Positions 9,881-20,577 are shown, counted from the stretch's first letter. The stretch is DNA of 64,000 bases from Methylophilus aquaticus (GCF_030769565.1 NZ_JAVCAP010000014.1:115554-179553); one strand, 5' to 3'. Notes: a model not told the origin generated them from the sequence alone. Numbers and translations are program-made.

Positions 9881-11764
9881 CTAGAGTTTTACTTGTGAGC
9901 CAAGTTCAACTACGCGGTTTGGCGGGAGCTTGAACTGGTTGGTGATGGTTTCAGCCGTTCTAAATAAACCGATAAAGATTTTTTTACGCCAAAAAGCCAT
10001 GCCCGGTTTGTCTGAAGCCAGCAAGATTTCCTTGCCAATAAAAAATGAAGTGTCCATGGTGTCCAGTGTCAGTCCATGCGCTTCTGTGAGTACCAGGTCT
10101 CTCGGCAAGTCTGGTTCATCCATATAGCCGTAACGCAAGGTCACGCGATAAAACGCATGCGGTAAGGCCTCTACCGACACTCGTTCCTCCAGGCTGGTAT
10201 GCGGGAAGTCTTCAAAGCGAACGGTCAGGATAATGACTTTGTCATGTAGTACTTTATTGTGCTTGAGATTATGCAGAAGCGCATGTGGAACACCATCTGG
10301 ATTGGGGGTCATGAACACGCCAGCGCCACTGACTCTGCCAGGCGGATGTGCACCGATGGCTTGTATAAAAGGGACCAGTTCCATGGACTCGGATTTTAAA
10401 ATGCTGTAAAGCAAAGCACGTCCGGTCTTCCAGGTCCGCATCAAGGTGAAAATGATCAATCCGATCAGCAGAGGCACCCAGCCGCCATCTGGTATTTTAA
10501 GAATGTTTGCAGAGAAGAATGACAAGTCAATAATCAGGAATACGCTAATCAAACTGGCTGTTTTAAGCTTGCTCCAGCCCCACAGGTGATGGAACACCAC
10601 CGCTGCCAGTAAAGTGGTAATCACCATGTCACCTGTCACAGCGATACCGTAGGCTGCGGCCAAATCCCCGGAGCTGCCAAAGATAAGTACCAGCCCCATT
10701 ACGGCAACCATTAACCCCCAGTTAACGCGCGGCATATACACTTGACCTTCTGTTTTTTCAGAGGTGTGTTCTACGTGCATGCGTGGAATAAAACCAAGTT
10801 GCAAGGCCTGGCGAGACACTGAAAAGGCGCCGGTAATGACGGCTTGTGATGCAATCACGGTGGCCAGGGTAGCAAGGATAATCAGTGGATAAAGTGCCCA
10901 GTCCGGTGCCAGGTGATAGAAAGGGTTTTGGATGGATTCTGGCTCGGCCAGAATCAGGGCGCCCTGACCAAAGTAATTGCAGATCAACGCGGGTAAAACA
11001 AAACAGAACCATGCCAATCTGATTGGGGTGCGGCCAAAGTGTCCCATATCTGCATACAAGGCTTCAGCTCCTGTCACAGCCAGCACTACTGCGCCCAAGG
11101 CAATAAATGCGATTCCAGGCTGAGTGTTGAAGAACATGAACGCATAATAAGGGCTGAGTGCCTTGAGGATTTCAGGATGATGGCTGATATTGATGCCCCC
11201 CAAAATGCCTAAGACCGTAAACCAGGTCAGCATGACTGGTCCGAAAAATGCACCCACCACTGCCGTGCCTTTGCTTTGCGCCCAAAACAGCAGTAACAGT
11301 ACAAAGAGGGTGATTGGAACAATCCAGCTTTCGAGTTGTGGGGCTGCGACTTCCAGACCTTCTACAGCAGACAATACTGAAATAGCAGGTGTAATCATGC
11401 CATCTGCATAAAACATGCATGCACCAATAATACCCAACATCATGATGCGCTTTCGCTGGTTGGGGTCGCCACCTGCATAGCGGCTGGCCAGCGATAGCAT
11501 GGCCATAATGCCACCTTCACCACGGTTGTCTGCCCGCATGATAAAGCAGACATATTTGAAAGACACAATCAGCAACAATGCCCACGTAATCAGCGACAAA
11601 ATGCCATACACATTATCCTGATTCAATAATAAAGGATGATGCCCAACAGCAAATACTTCTTTCATGGTGTAGAGCGGGCTGGTTCCGATATCACCAAATA
11701 CCACTCCCAATGCTGCCAGCGCCATTGTATGCAGCGCTGTTTGCTGACTTTTTGATTGGTCCAT
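9881..11764 (-). CDS. kup: potassium uptake transporter Kup
   Basis: 627 aa; N-terminus ALAALGVVFGDIGTSPLYT is the KUP/HAK signature; 12 TM helices plus cytoplasmic C-terminal domain. Confidence 0.9.
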   Translation of the reverse strand: MDQSKSQQTALHTMALAALGVVFGDIGTSPLYTMKEVFAVGHHPLLLNQDNVYGILSLITWALLLIVSFKYVCFIMRADNRGEGGIMAMLSLASRYAGGDPNQRKRIMMLGIIGACMFYADGMITPAISVLSAVEGLEVAAPQLESWIVPITLFVLLLLFWAQSKGTAVVGAFFGPVMLTWFTVLGILGGINISHHPEILKALSPYYAFMFFNTQPGIAFIALGAVVLAVTGAEALYADMGHFGRTPIRLAWFCFVLPALICNYFGQGALILAEPESIQNPFYHLAPDWALYPLIILATLATVIASQAVITGAFSVSRQALQLGFIPRMHVEHTSEKTEGQVYMPRVNWGLMVAVMGLVLIFGSSGDLAAAYGIAVTGDMVITTLLAAVVFHHLWGWSKLKTASLISVFLIIDLSFFSANILKIPDGGWVPLLIGLIIFTLMRTWKTGRALLYSILKSESMELVPFIQAIGAHPPGRVSGAGVFMTPNPDGVPHALLHNLKHNKVLHDKVIILTVRFEDFPHTSLEERVSVEALPHAFYRVTLRYGYMDEPDLPRDLVLTEAHGLTLDTMDTSFFIGKEILLASDKPGMAFWRKKIFIGLFRTAETITNQFKLPPNRVVELGSQVKL

Positions 11765-11892
11765 TGTGTGAACGATTTAAAGCAAACCGCCATTATCAGT
11801 CAAATTCAGTTCATGACCAATGCTTTTTAAACAATTCATGCAACTGCGTTTTTTGTGTGTGGAAAATTTACAAAAAGCACGACCACGCACAC

Positions 11893-13110
11893 TTATTTCA
11901 GATTGGATAAATGTGTGACACTTACTTGGACAGCACCGTGCTGCAAGGTAATGGCAAGCTGTTCGCTTATTTCCAGTTGTTGTGCACTGGTCACAGCGCG
12001 ACCATCTTGCTTGTGCACGATAGCATAGCCCCTGGCCAACACATGATGAGGATTTAGTTGTTGCAAGCTGGCTGCAAGCAGTTGCAGTTGCCGCTGGTAG
12101 CCGGTGAGGCTATGTTGCATTGCCAGTTGCAATCGGTGTTGCAACTGTAGTACGGTATTTTTTTGTTGCTGTAATTGCTGCGTTGGTGAAATCAATCTGC
12201 GAGACATGTAATCCAGTGTCTGTGCTTGCCTGTCTAAAAGAGTGCGCATTCCTCTGCGTAGCCGGAGTTGCAATTGGTCCAGATGTTGTATCAGCCGTGA
12301 TTGGTCAGGGCAGGCCAGTTCAGCCGCCGCAGTGGGTGTCGCAGCACGCAAATCCGCAACAAAGTCAGCAATAGTGAAGTCCGTTTCGTGACCTACACCA
12401 CTGATGGTGGGTATGCGGCAGTCAGCGATGGCATGGGCAACGACCTCTTCATTAAAAGACCATAAATCTTCAATGCTGCCTCCACCGCGGCAAATAAGCA
12501 GTGTATCCACTTCCAGTCTCTGATTTGCGGTATGAATGGCTTGCGCAATGCGTTCGGCAGAACCTTTGCCTTGCACGGGCGTTGGGTAGATGATTACGCC
12601 CATGCCGGGGTAGCGTCGCTGGATGGCCGTCAGCACATCTCGCAGTGCTGCGGCATCTGCTGACGTTACGACCCCGATACGGCATGGCTCGGTTGGAATT
12701 GGCTTTTTGCGTGCAGCATCAAACAGGCCTTGTGCCTGCAGTTTTTGCTTGAGTTGCTCAAAGGCTTCGTACAATCTGCCCATGCCGGCAGGCTGCAAGA
12801 AATCGATGGTCAGTTGAAAGTCCCCGCGAGCTTCATAAAGTGTGACCGTTGCGCGTGCTTCAATTAAATCGCCTTCTCGCGGCAGGGTGTTTAACAGACT
12901 GTTGCGCCCTTTAAACATGACGCATCTGACCTGTGCCCGATCATCTTTTAATGAAAAATACCAGTGACCACTGGCTGCGCGCGTGAAGTTGGAAATCTCG
13001 CCACTGATCCAAAAAAGCGGGAAGCATGCTTCCAGAGTTTCTTTTGCCAGGCGATTTAATCCGCTCACGCTCAAGATTTGAGGAAACGATGTCGTAATAG
13101 ATTGTGTCAT
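11893..13110 (-). CDS. xseA: exodeoxyribonuclease VII large subunit XseA
   Basis: OB-fold N-terminus (ILSVSGLNRLAKETLE) and catalytic region; start moved to the internal Met at 13110. Confidence 0.85.
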   Translation of the reverse strand: MTQSITTSFPQILSVSGLNRLAKETLEACFPLFWISGEISNFTRAASGHWYFSLKDDRAQVRCVMFKGRNSLLNTLPREGDLIEARATVTLYEARGDFQLTIDFLQPAGMGRLYEAFEQLKQKLQAQGLFDAARKKPIPTEPCRIGVVTSADAAALRDVLTAIQRRYPGMGVIIYPTPVQGKGSAERIAQAIHTANQRLEVDTLLICRGGGSIEDLWSFNEEVVAHAIADCRIPTISGVGHETDFTIADFVADLRAATPTAAAELACPDQSRLIQHLDQLQLRLRRGMRTLLDRQAQTLDYMSRRLISPTQQLQQQKNTVLQLQHRLQLAMQHSLTGYQRQLQLLAASLQQLNPHHVLARGYAIVHKQDGRAVTSAQQLEISEQLAITLQHGAVQVSVTHLSNLK

Positions 13111-13229
13111 ACAGCGTATTATCCCAGAATATTTACACGTCAGCATGGTCTGCTTTCATGTCACTGACATGGATAATTCTTGGATATCCATTACAATTTT
13201 AGATTTATTTAAAATAATCGGAGCTTTGT

Positions 13230-13733
13230 ATGATGCGTTGGTTTAAGGGGCGGTCTGGATATTTATTGGGTTTTATTGCTTGTTTTTGCATTGTTGGGCT
13301 GGCCTTGGTTATTCAGGTTCAAAACAATCTGGAACCCTGTCCGCTCTGTATTTCGCAAAGGATGATTTTTATGGGGCTGGGTGCGTTGTTTTTCATCCAG
13401 GCATGGCCTGTTGCCAGACATTGGAGTCACAGGCTGCTCACGACTCTGCAAATTCTGACGGCATTCGGTGGAGCCGGGGTCGCTATCAGACATTGGTGGT
13501 TACAAGTACATAAAGACGAAGTTTTTGCGGATTGCGGCGTTGGTTTTGACTACATGTTTGAAAACTTTCCTCTTAAAAAAGCGTTAACTTTAGTGTTTCG
13601 AGGAACGGGCGATTGCGCGGCAATAGATTGGACCTTTTTTGGACTGACGCTGCCACAACTTGGCCTGATTTCTTTTATTGCAACTGCGGTTTATGCGTTT
13701 TGGTTGTACCGTATTAACGCGCTACGGCCTTAA
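13230..13733 (+). CDS. dsbB: disulfide bond formation protein DsbB
   Basis: 167 aa; 4 TM helices; CPLC pair in first periplasmic loop and a second Cys pair. Confidence 0.85.
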   Translation: MMRWFKGRSGYLLGFIACFCIVGLALVIQVQNNLEPCPLCISQRMIFMGLGALFFIQAWPVARHWSHRLLTTLQILTAFGGAGVAIRHWWLQVHKDEVFADCGVGFDYMFENFPLKKALTLVFRGTGDCAAIDWTFFGLTLPQLGLISFIATAVYAFWLYRINALRP

Positions 13734-13742
13734 CTGCGTAGA

Positions 13743-14756
13743 TTGCTTATTTCTCTATCAGACTGTGACTGCATGCACTTTTTTAAAAAAACCGTGTTCC
13801 TGACATTGGGCTGCTGTATGTGGTGTTTACCTGCTTTTTGCCATGCTGAGCAAGCAAAACTGGACGCTCAATCACAAATGGGGCAAGGTAATGTGCTACG
13901 TCAAAAAAACTCGGGTGCACTGAGCAATCCTTACATTCTCTTGGTCAGTCTGGCTTTTCGTACGCCAAATGATTTAGGTATAACCACTTACCAGCAAGCC
14001 TACGATTACTATTGTCAGCAGGCAAGAGACGCTGAGGATCCCAATGCGCAATTTGCAATGGGCTGGCTTTATAGCATGGGTAAAGGCGTTGATACCAATC
14101 ATGATCTTGCCGCTTTTTTCTTTAGCCTTGCTGAAAAGCACGGACATCGTGAGGCCGGGGCGTGGCTGGTAAAAACAGCAGGTAATCCTGCTTTGGCTAA
14201 TCCACCCGCGTGTATGGAAAAGCCGGACGTCCCTGTCGAGTCAGTTAAAGAGCCAGTTCAGCCGGTGGCTGAAGTCGCTAAAAACGAGAAAGAAGAGACC
14301 CATAATTCAGCACCCATGACCTATCCCAAAGGTCCGATTTACAGGCTGGTGCAGAAACACGCGCCTTCTTATGATATTGAAGTGGATTTTGCCATGGCAG
14401 TGATTGCTGTGGAGTCTGGCTTTAATCCTAACGCCAGATCACCAAAAAATGCACAGGGACTGATGCAACTGTTGCCAGAAACGCAAGCACGGTTCAGTGT
14501 AAAAGATGCGTATAACCCCGAGCAAAATATTAAAGGTGGATTGTCTTACTTACGCTGGTTGCTTGCCTACTTTAAAGGCGATATTGAGTTGGTTCTGGCG
14601 GCATACAATGCGGGAGAAAACAATGTTTTAAAATATCGTGGCATTCCACCTTTTCCTGAAACGCAAAACTACATCAAGCGCATTTCACAATATTACAAGA
14701 AGAAACAACACGATTACCGGCATGATCTGGACACCAAACGAACAGTGCTACCTTGA
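13743..14756 (+). CDS. secreted Sel1-repeat / lytic transglycosylase (SLT domain) protein
   Basis: Signal peptide; Sel1-like repeat (NAQFAMGWLYSMGKGV); SLT motif (AVESGFNPNARSPKNAQGLMQL). Confidence 0.7.
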   Translation: MLISLSDCDCMHFFKKTVFLTLGCCMWCLPAFCHAEQAKLDAQSQMGQGNVLRQKNSGALSNPYILLVSLAFRTPNDLGITTYQQAYDYYCQQARDAEDPNAQFAMGWLYSMGKGVDTNHDLAAFFFSLAEKHGHREAGAWLVKTAGNPALANPPACMEKPDVPVESVKEPVQPVAEVAKNEKEETHNSAPMTYPKGPIYRLVQKHAPSYDIEVDFAMAVIAVESGFNPNARSPKNAQGLMQLLPETQARFSVKDAYNPEQNIKGGLSYLRWLLAYFKGDIELVLAAYNAGENNVLKYRGIPPFPETQNYIKRISQYYKKKQHDYRHDLDTKRTVLP

Positions 14757-14871
14757 TAAATCCTGAAGTCAGCATTTGCCCTTTAATGTAAGCTGTATTC
14801 ATCGCCTCAAGATACGCGTTGTTCCAGGCAATGAAGCCATGTGGATTGGATCGTTTATAACATATGCATCT

Positions 14872-15966
14872 CTAGTGTTTGCTTTGCACATCGATTGCTT
14901 GTTCATCATCGGTTGCCGATGCATTTGAGAATAATATGAACTCAGCTTCAGTTTCAGGTGTTTCTATTTCTTTTTGAAAAGCCGCTTTTTCAGAAATGAT
15001 GTGTTGCCACTGTTGATAGTACTGAGCGCATGCTGTTTCCGCGTTTTGTTTTTTATTAAGACTTAATGCTGGTGCTTGATCTTTATGCGTTGAATGATAC
15101 GGATAACCCTCCCTTTTTAAACAGCCCATGTATTTGGCCTTGGCAAACATTTCCTCACTATCAATGCGTGCAATTTCCTGATCGGCTTCATCCAGAGAGC
15201 TGCACAAGTGTTGGTTTTCCACCGGGGCAACCCATATTTGTTGCTGCTGCTGGTTGGGAAGGTGTATCACCGTGGCAATATCCTGCCCCCGTTTTTGTAT
15301 CCAGTTTTCCAGAATCTGATTGCCACAAGATTCACTTTGGCAACGCATGACATTCTTCAATAGCAGGCCTGTTTGCTTGGCCATGCGGTCTTCTGAAATA
15401 CCGCAATTGTAAATTGCATCGTGTGAGCGTGACAAATAGAGTTTGTAATTAGCGCGCCAAGAGGCATAAGGAGCGCAGGCAACTTTGTATAAAGGATTGG
15501 CCAGTGAGCACTGCTCTTGCTCCATGGCCTCCAGGCGCTGCGGGGCGTGATTGCCAATACGGTTACATGCCAGCTTGATGGCGTTGCCAAACGCCTGAGT
15601 GTAGCCCCAGAATGATAGGCGGGAGTGCGCGTATGTGGGGATGGATTTGAGCGTGGGATTTTTCCAGTCGAACTTTTCTACCGTTTGCTCAGCTTTGTTC
15701 AAAACCACCTCCTGATCAACTTCGATGGATAGTTCACTACACGATGCCTGTACTGTTCTGGTAGAAACGGTGTCGTAGTGGTCATCTGATCTCAATCGAA
15801 AGAAAACGATGTCTTCATGATAGCCGGGCTGGATCGATTCAAGGTCAACTGAGACTGCCAGAAATTTTTCTTTGCCTGATACCGTTTGCCATTGCTCGGC
15901 ATAGACAGTTTGCGTGCAAAAACAGAATATAGTGCTCAGAATTAAAATAGACTTTTTGTGGGTCAT
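14872..15966 (-). CDS. secreted Cys-rich hypothetical protein
   Basis: 364 aa; cleavable signal peptide (VYA-EQ); about 14 Cys; poly-Gln stretch; no recognizable domain. Confidence 0.5.
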   Translation of the reverse strand: MTHKKSILILSTIFCFCTQTVYAEQWQTVSGKEKFLAVSVDLESIQPGYHEDIVFFRLRSDDHYDTVSTRTVQASCSELSIEVDQEVVLNKAEQTVEKFDWKNPTLKSIPTYAHSRLSFWGYTQAFGNAIKLACNRIGNHAPQRLEAMEQEQCSLANPLYKVACAPYASWRANYKLYLSRSHDAIYNCGISEDRMAKQTGLLLKNVMRCQSESCGNQILENWIQKRGQDIATVIHLPNQQQQQIWVAPVENQHLCSSLDEADQEIARIDSEEMFAKAKYMGCLKREGYPYHSTHKDQAPALSLNKKQNAETACAQYYQQWQHIISEKAAFQKEIETPETEAEFILFSNASATDDEQAIDVQSKH

Positions 15967-16009
15967 GGCAAATGCGTGTGTAGGAAAAGGTTAGGGGGCG
16001 GATACAGAT

Positions 16010-17170
16010 TTATGCTGGCTCAAATGTCTGAATGCAATTGCGACCTGCCTGCTTGGCTCGATAGAGTGCCTGATCCGCACGCTGCAGCAACTGTGAAAAC
16101 GTATCGCCTGGGCACAGCACGGCAACGCCAGCACTGATGGTAATTGTGCCTACGTCTGGCAATTGTAATGTTTGTATGTGGTCACGCAGTTTTTCTGCCA
16201 ATTGCCGGGCTTGCAGCAAAGTCGTGCGCGGTGCATAAATGATGAGCTCGTCACCACCCCAGCGCACCGAAATATCGGATGCGCGGGTATGTTCTCGCAT
16301 CGATCTGGCGATGCCTTTCAGTACATTGTCGCCATGGATATGGCCGTGTGTGTCATTGATATGCTTGAAATAGTCTATGTCAATCAGGATCAGTGCATCT
16401 GTTGTGTCACGCTCGCTGATTCTTTGTTGTTGCGAAAAAAGGGCCTCAAAGTGGTGGCGGTTACTCAAGCCTGTAAGGTGGTCGGTATCAGATAGTTTTT
16501 TAAGATTTTGCTTTTCCAGTTCCAGGGCATGGTTGGCGGCAGCCAACTGTTCTGTGCGCTTTTTAACCAAAGCCTCAAGGTCTTGATTGAGTGTCTTCAG
16601 ATGCTGGGTTTGCGTTTCCCGTAAACTTTCATAGTTATGAATGATAAAAAACTGTGCGAGCAGATAAAAGCAAAGAGTCAAGATATCCAGATTGGTAAAG
16701 TGTGTGTCAAACACCGCCAGAAAATGATTGCTGACGACCAGCATGACAATCATTGCGAGCATGTAGTAACCAGTTAGCCTGCCTTTGAGGTAAAACGCGC
16801 CAGCCAAGATGAGTAGCAGCAGTCCGCTGCGGCTGTTATTGCCATCGGCAAGAAAAAACACAGCCATGAATTGAATAAAACACAGCCAAAGTGCAATGCT
16901 GGCGATCAGCTCAATTTTGTGGCGGTATCTTTGCATGGTGGACAGCAACAGAAAAGCCAGCAGCCCGAATGTTACATCGATTTTGCCGATGATCGGTTGT
17001 TGTTCCCAGCGCAGTACACCCATGATAAGTGAAACAAAGCCAGCGAATGTAAACACATTTTGAAGAAAAACAATTTTGTAACGCACATTGTGTGCATCAC
17101 TTAACTCAGGAAAAAGTTTGATTGGGTGCAGCATGACGATAAGTGCTTTGCTAATCCACTTTTTCAACAT
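16010..17170 (-). CDS. membrane GGDEF-domain diguanylate cyclase (non-canonical GGDEL signature)
   Basis: 386 aa; 5-6 TM helices, coiled-coil linker, GGDEF domain whose signature reads RWGGDELIIY. Confidence 0.8.
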   Translation of the reverse strand: MLKKWISKALIVMLHPIKLFPELSDAHNVRYKIVFLQNVFTFAGFVSLIMGVLRWEQQPIIGKIDVTFGLLAFLLLSTMQRYRHKIELIASIALWLCFIQFMAVFFLADGNNSRSGLLLLILAGAFYLKGRLTGYYMLAMIVMLVVSNHFLAVFDTHFTNLDILTLCFYLLAQFFIIHNYESLRETQTQHLKTLNQDLEALVKKRTEQLAAANHALELEKQNLKKLSDTDHLTGLSNRHHFEALFSQQQRISERDTTDALILIDIDYFKHINDTHGHIHGDNVLKGIARSMREHTRASDISVRWGGDELIIYAPRTTLLQARQLAEKLRDHIQTLQLPDVGTITISAGVAVLCPGDTFSQLLQRADQALYRAKQAGRNCIQTFEPA

Positions 17171-17388
17171 CCTGTTTCCTTTTGAAATTATATTTTTATA
17201 CGGAGGTCAGTTTATGTGAAAATTGCTATTTGAACATTTTCGCCTAAAAGACAGATGTAAATTTTACATTTATTCATTTGAATGGTGTATCAATTTTATT
17301 CTAAGTCGCGGATGACGCCAGCAAACTGTGCGGCCATCTTGCGTAAATCCTGTCACTATTGAACTGATTAAGAGTGAATTGATAAGAG

Positions 17389-18282
17389 ATGAAACCTATA
17401 AAAACACTGGATGATTTTGTCGGAAATACGCCGCTGGTGGCTTTGCAGCGCATGAATCCAAATGCCAGCAATACCGTATTGCTTAAGCTGGAGGGGAATA
17501 ACCCGGCAGGCTCCGTCAAGGATCGACCCGCTTATAGCATGGTTATGCGAGCGGAACAGCGCGGACAGATCAAACCAGGAGACACGCTGATTGAGGCAAC
17601 CAGTGGTAATACCGGCATTGCGTTGGCGATGGTGGCTGCCATGCGTGGGTACAAGATGGTGCTGGTCATGCCGGAAAATCAGAGCGTTGAACGCCGACAA
17701 AGCATGAAGGCGTATGGGGCTGAACTGGTGCTCACGCCTAAAGACGGCAGCATGGAACTGGCGCGTGATGTGGCGATGCGGCTGCAAGCCGAAGGCAAGG
17801 GTGTTGTGCTGGACCAGTTTGGCAATATGGATAATCCGCAGGCGCATTACGAAGGCACCGGGCCTGAAATCTGGCGCGATACCGAAGGCCAGGTCACGCA
17901 TTTTGTTTCCAGTATGGGGACCACTGGCACGATTATGGGCACTTCACGCTATCTGAAAGAGCAAAATAGCCAGGTGCAGATTATTGGTGTGCAACCTGAA
18001 GACGGCGCGCAGATTCCAGGCATACGCAAGTGGCCAGAAGCGTATTTGCCTGGCATTTATGAGGCTAGTCGTATTGATGCGTTGCGTTATGTCAGTCAAC
18101 AGCATGCGGAAGAGACCACACGCAAACTGGCCACACAGGAAGGCATTTTTGCAGGTATTTCCAGTGGCGGAGCGTTGTATACAGCTTTGCAATTATCCAG
18201 AGAAGTGAATAATGCCGTAATTGTCAGCATCGTCTGCGACCGCGGTGACCGTTATCTGTCTACCGGAGTGTTTCCCGCCTGA
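17389..18282 (+). CDS. cysM: cysteine synthase B (O-acetylserine sulfhydrylase B)
   Basis: 297 aa; near-collinear with E. coli CysM motifs (LKLEGNNPAGSVKDR, SGNTGIALAM, ICDRGDRYLSTGVF). Confidence 0.9.
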   Translation: MKPIKTLDDFVGNTPLVALQRMNPNASNTVLLKLEGNNPAGSVKDRPAYSMVMRAEQRGQIKPGDTLIEATSGNTGIALAMVAAMRGYKMVLVMPENQSVERRQSMKAYGAELVLTPKDGSMELARDVAMRLQAEGKGVVLDQFGNMDNPQAHYEGTGPEIWRDTEGQVTHFVSSMGTTGTIMGTSRYLKEQNSQVQIIGVQPEDGAQIPGIRKWPEAYLPGIYEASRIDALRYVSQQHAEETTRKLATQEGIFAGISSGGALYTALQLSREVNNAVIVSIVCDRGDRYLSTGVFPA

Positions 18283-20270
18283 TGCGTATCTGCTGGATGA
18301 TCGTGTGCCTGTGGATTACGCATGTGCATGCAGTCACACATATCAGTGTGAGCGCCGACAGTATCAGCTACGATAATATTGTGTTGCAACAGCCGAGGGC
18401 AAAGCTTGATTTACAGTCCGGGCAGCAAGTGAAAGTGGATGCAGCGCGTTTGCAAATCGGAGCTGCAACGCTGGATAAGCCGCAGATATTCCTCAATGTC
18501 AGCCGTCACCCGACCTTGCTGGTGACTTCCTCTGCATTACAGTCTGAGCACTATCAGGCCAGAAACCCCACAATCCTGCTTGATTACCGTACCCATCCAA
18601 CCCAGCCGATATTGTCTCTGGATGCAGAGATCAAAGCCACTGGTGACGAGATATGGGGCACGTTTCACCTGCGTTGCCTGGTTCCGCCTCAGGCGTCTTT
18701 GCAGACCTGGCAGTGTCATGATGGCTTGTATCAGGACGTGCGTTCACATATTCCATTTCATGTTCAGGTGACGCCAACCCTGAAGTCGGCAGCAGGGGCG
18801 ACATCTTTGGCACGCGGCATGGAGGTGATGCTCAATGTCAATCAGGCCAGATTCAGCGATGCAGCCGGATTGCATGCAGGTGAGAATCTGACTGGCCAGA
18901 TCAGGCTGTCTGCTTATGAGCAAGCAGATGGTTGGCGCTGGAAAGGCTTGTTTCACTGGACACAAGGCGAGTTGTTCTGGCAACCTTTTTACTTTGCCGA
19001 AGGCGGCAAGCGTTTTGAGATCAGTGGCTTTTACCAAGCGCCCTATCTGGATATTGAACAGGCGCAACTCAGTCTGGATGGTGTAGGCACCCTGCATAGT
19101 AAAAGCCGGATCAATCTGGTCAGCAAGGACTTTGAATTGTTAACAGTCAATGCGACGGATGTCGATTTTAATGGGGTATACAAGGCGTTTATTCAGCCAC
19201 TGGTGGCGAAGTCAGTGTTTGGTAGCCTGAATGTGTCAGGCAAAGCCGACTGGTCGTTTGAGGCCAAAGGCCTGCAACCGCTCAAATTCAACTTGCATAT
19301 TATCGATGCCAGTGTAGAGGACCAGAACGGCAAGTTCGGCTTTTCCCATTTTAATGCCAATATTCCCTGGGATTACGAGCGGCCCCAACAGATCAGTATG
19401 GGCTACCAGTCAGGACATGTGCTGCAAATTCCCCTGGGGGAAACCAAATGGCAGGCCGAGGTGAACCGTTTTTCGATTACAGCGCCACAGTTGCGGCTGC
19501 CTTTGCTGGACGGTGCATTGGATTTTCAGGATTTTTCGGCGGCCTGGATCAACCAGAGCATGGTGTGGCATGTGAAAATGGATATGCAGCCTATCAGTAT
19601 GCGCAGTTTCAGTCAGGCGTTGGGCTGGCCCGAAATGCGCGGGCAAATTGATGGCGAAATCCCGCTGGTCACCTATGCCAACCATGCACTGCGCATGACA
19701 GGTGAAATGCAGTTCAAACTCTTTAATGGCAAGGTCGGGATGTCGGATCTGGAGATTGTCGACCCGCTGGGCGCTGTGCCCAAGCTGCATGCCAATTTCA
19801 ACATGCGTGATATTGATCTGGGTGAGATTACGCGTACATTCAACTTTGGCTCTATCAGTGGCAAACTGGAGGGCGATGTCAGGCATTTGCGCCTGCAAAA
19901 CTGGAAGCCCGTGTATATGGATGCGGTGATTCAGACTGCCGATGGCCCGTTTGAAAAGAAAATATCGCAACGGGCCGTAGAAAATATTACTGCCTTGGGT
20001 GGTGAGGGGACTGCCGCGGCCTTGCAAAGAACATTTCTACGTTTTTTTAAAGAGTTTGGGTACGAAAAAATCGGCTTGCGCTGTGAATTGCGCGGCGATA
20101 TCTGCAAAATGGGCGGTGTAGAAAATGTGCCTGACGGTTTTGTCATTGTCAAAGGGCAGGGTGTCCCTGCCGTGAATGTGAATGGCTATACCCAGTACGT
20201 TAGCTGGAAGGATGTGCTGAGCCGCATGCAGCGCGTGACTGACTCGAACAGTAAAATCATTATCAAATAG
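18282..20270 (+). CDS. ydbH: AsmA-like/YdbH-family envelope protein (putative lipid transport)
   Basis: 662 aa; N-terminal signal/anchor, long beta-rich repeat body; followed by ynbE- and ydbL-like genes as in the E. coli ydbH-ynbE-ydbL operon; TGATG overlap with cysM. Confidence 0.6.
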   Translation: MRICWMIVCLWITHVHAVTHISVSADSISYDNIVLQQPRAKLDLQSGQQVKVDAARLQIGAATLDKPQIFLNVSRHPTLLVTSSALQSEHYQARNPTILLDYRTHPTQPILSLDAEIKATGDEIWGTFHLRCLVPPQASLQTWQCHDGLYQDVRSHIPFHVQVTPTLKSAAGATSLARGMEVMLNVNQARFSDAAGLHAGENLTGQIRLSAYEQADGWRWKGLFHWTQGELFWQPFYFAEGGKRFEISGFYQAPYLDIEQAQLSLDGVGTLHSKSRINLVSKDFELLTVNATDVDFNGVYKAFIQPLVAKSVFGSLNVSGKADWSFEAKGLQPLKFNLHIIDASVEDQNGKFGFSHFNANIPWDYERPQQISMGYQSGHVLQIPLGETKWQAEVNRFSITAPQLRLPLLDGALDFQDFSAAWINQSMVWHVKMDMQPISMRSFSQALGWPEMRGQIDGEIPLVTYANHALRMTGEMQFKLFNGKVGMSDLEIVDPLGAVPKLHANFNMRDIDLGEITRTFNFGSISGKLEGDVRHLRLQNWKPVYMDAVIQTADGPFEKKISQRAVENITALGGEGTAAALQRTFLRFFKEFGYEKIGLRCELRGDICKMGGVENVPDGFVIVKGQGVPAVNVNGYTQYVSWKDVLSRMQRVTDSNSKIIIK

Positions 20271-20303
20271 AAGATTAATCTGATCAACCATGGAGAGCCT
20301 GGC

Positions 20304-20573
20304 GTGAATAAATTATGCACATTGTGTTCGTGTCAAAGGGCATGGCTGCTTGTCGCCGTACTGGCGGCTGGCTTGCCGGGCTGTGTCACAATCAATATTT
20401 ATTTCCCGGCGGCGGCGGCCGAAAAAGCCGCCGATAAAGTGATTGACGAAATTTGGCAGCTACCCCCGGATCAAGCTGCCCCCGTTGATCATGCCGTCAG
20501 TCCTCCCGCAAGTCCGGCAGCCGTCACACCGGTCAATGATAGTGGCAGTCAGCCTGCCAATCGCAAGGAGTAG
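20304..20573 (+). CDS. ynbE: YnbE-like small lipoprotein
   Basis: 89 aa; lipobox LPGC followed by VTINIYFP motif resembling YnbE; lies between ydbH-like and ydbL-like genes. Confidence 0.55.
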   Translation: MNKLCTLCSCQRAWLLVAVLAAGLPGCVTINIYFPAAAAEKAADKVIDEIWQLPPDQAAPVDHAVSPPASPAAVTPVNDSGSQPANRKE

Positions 20574-20577
20574 CCAA

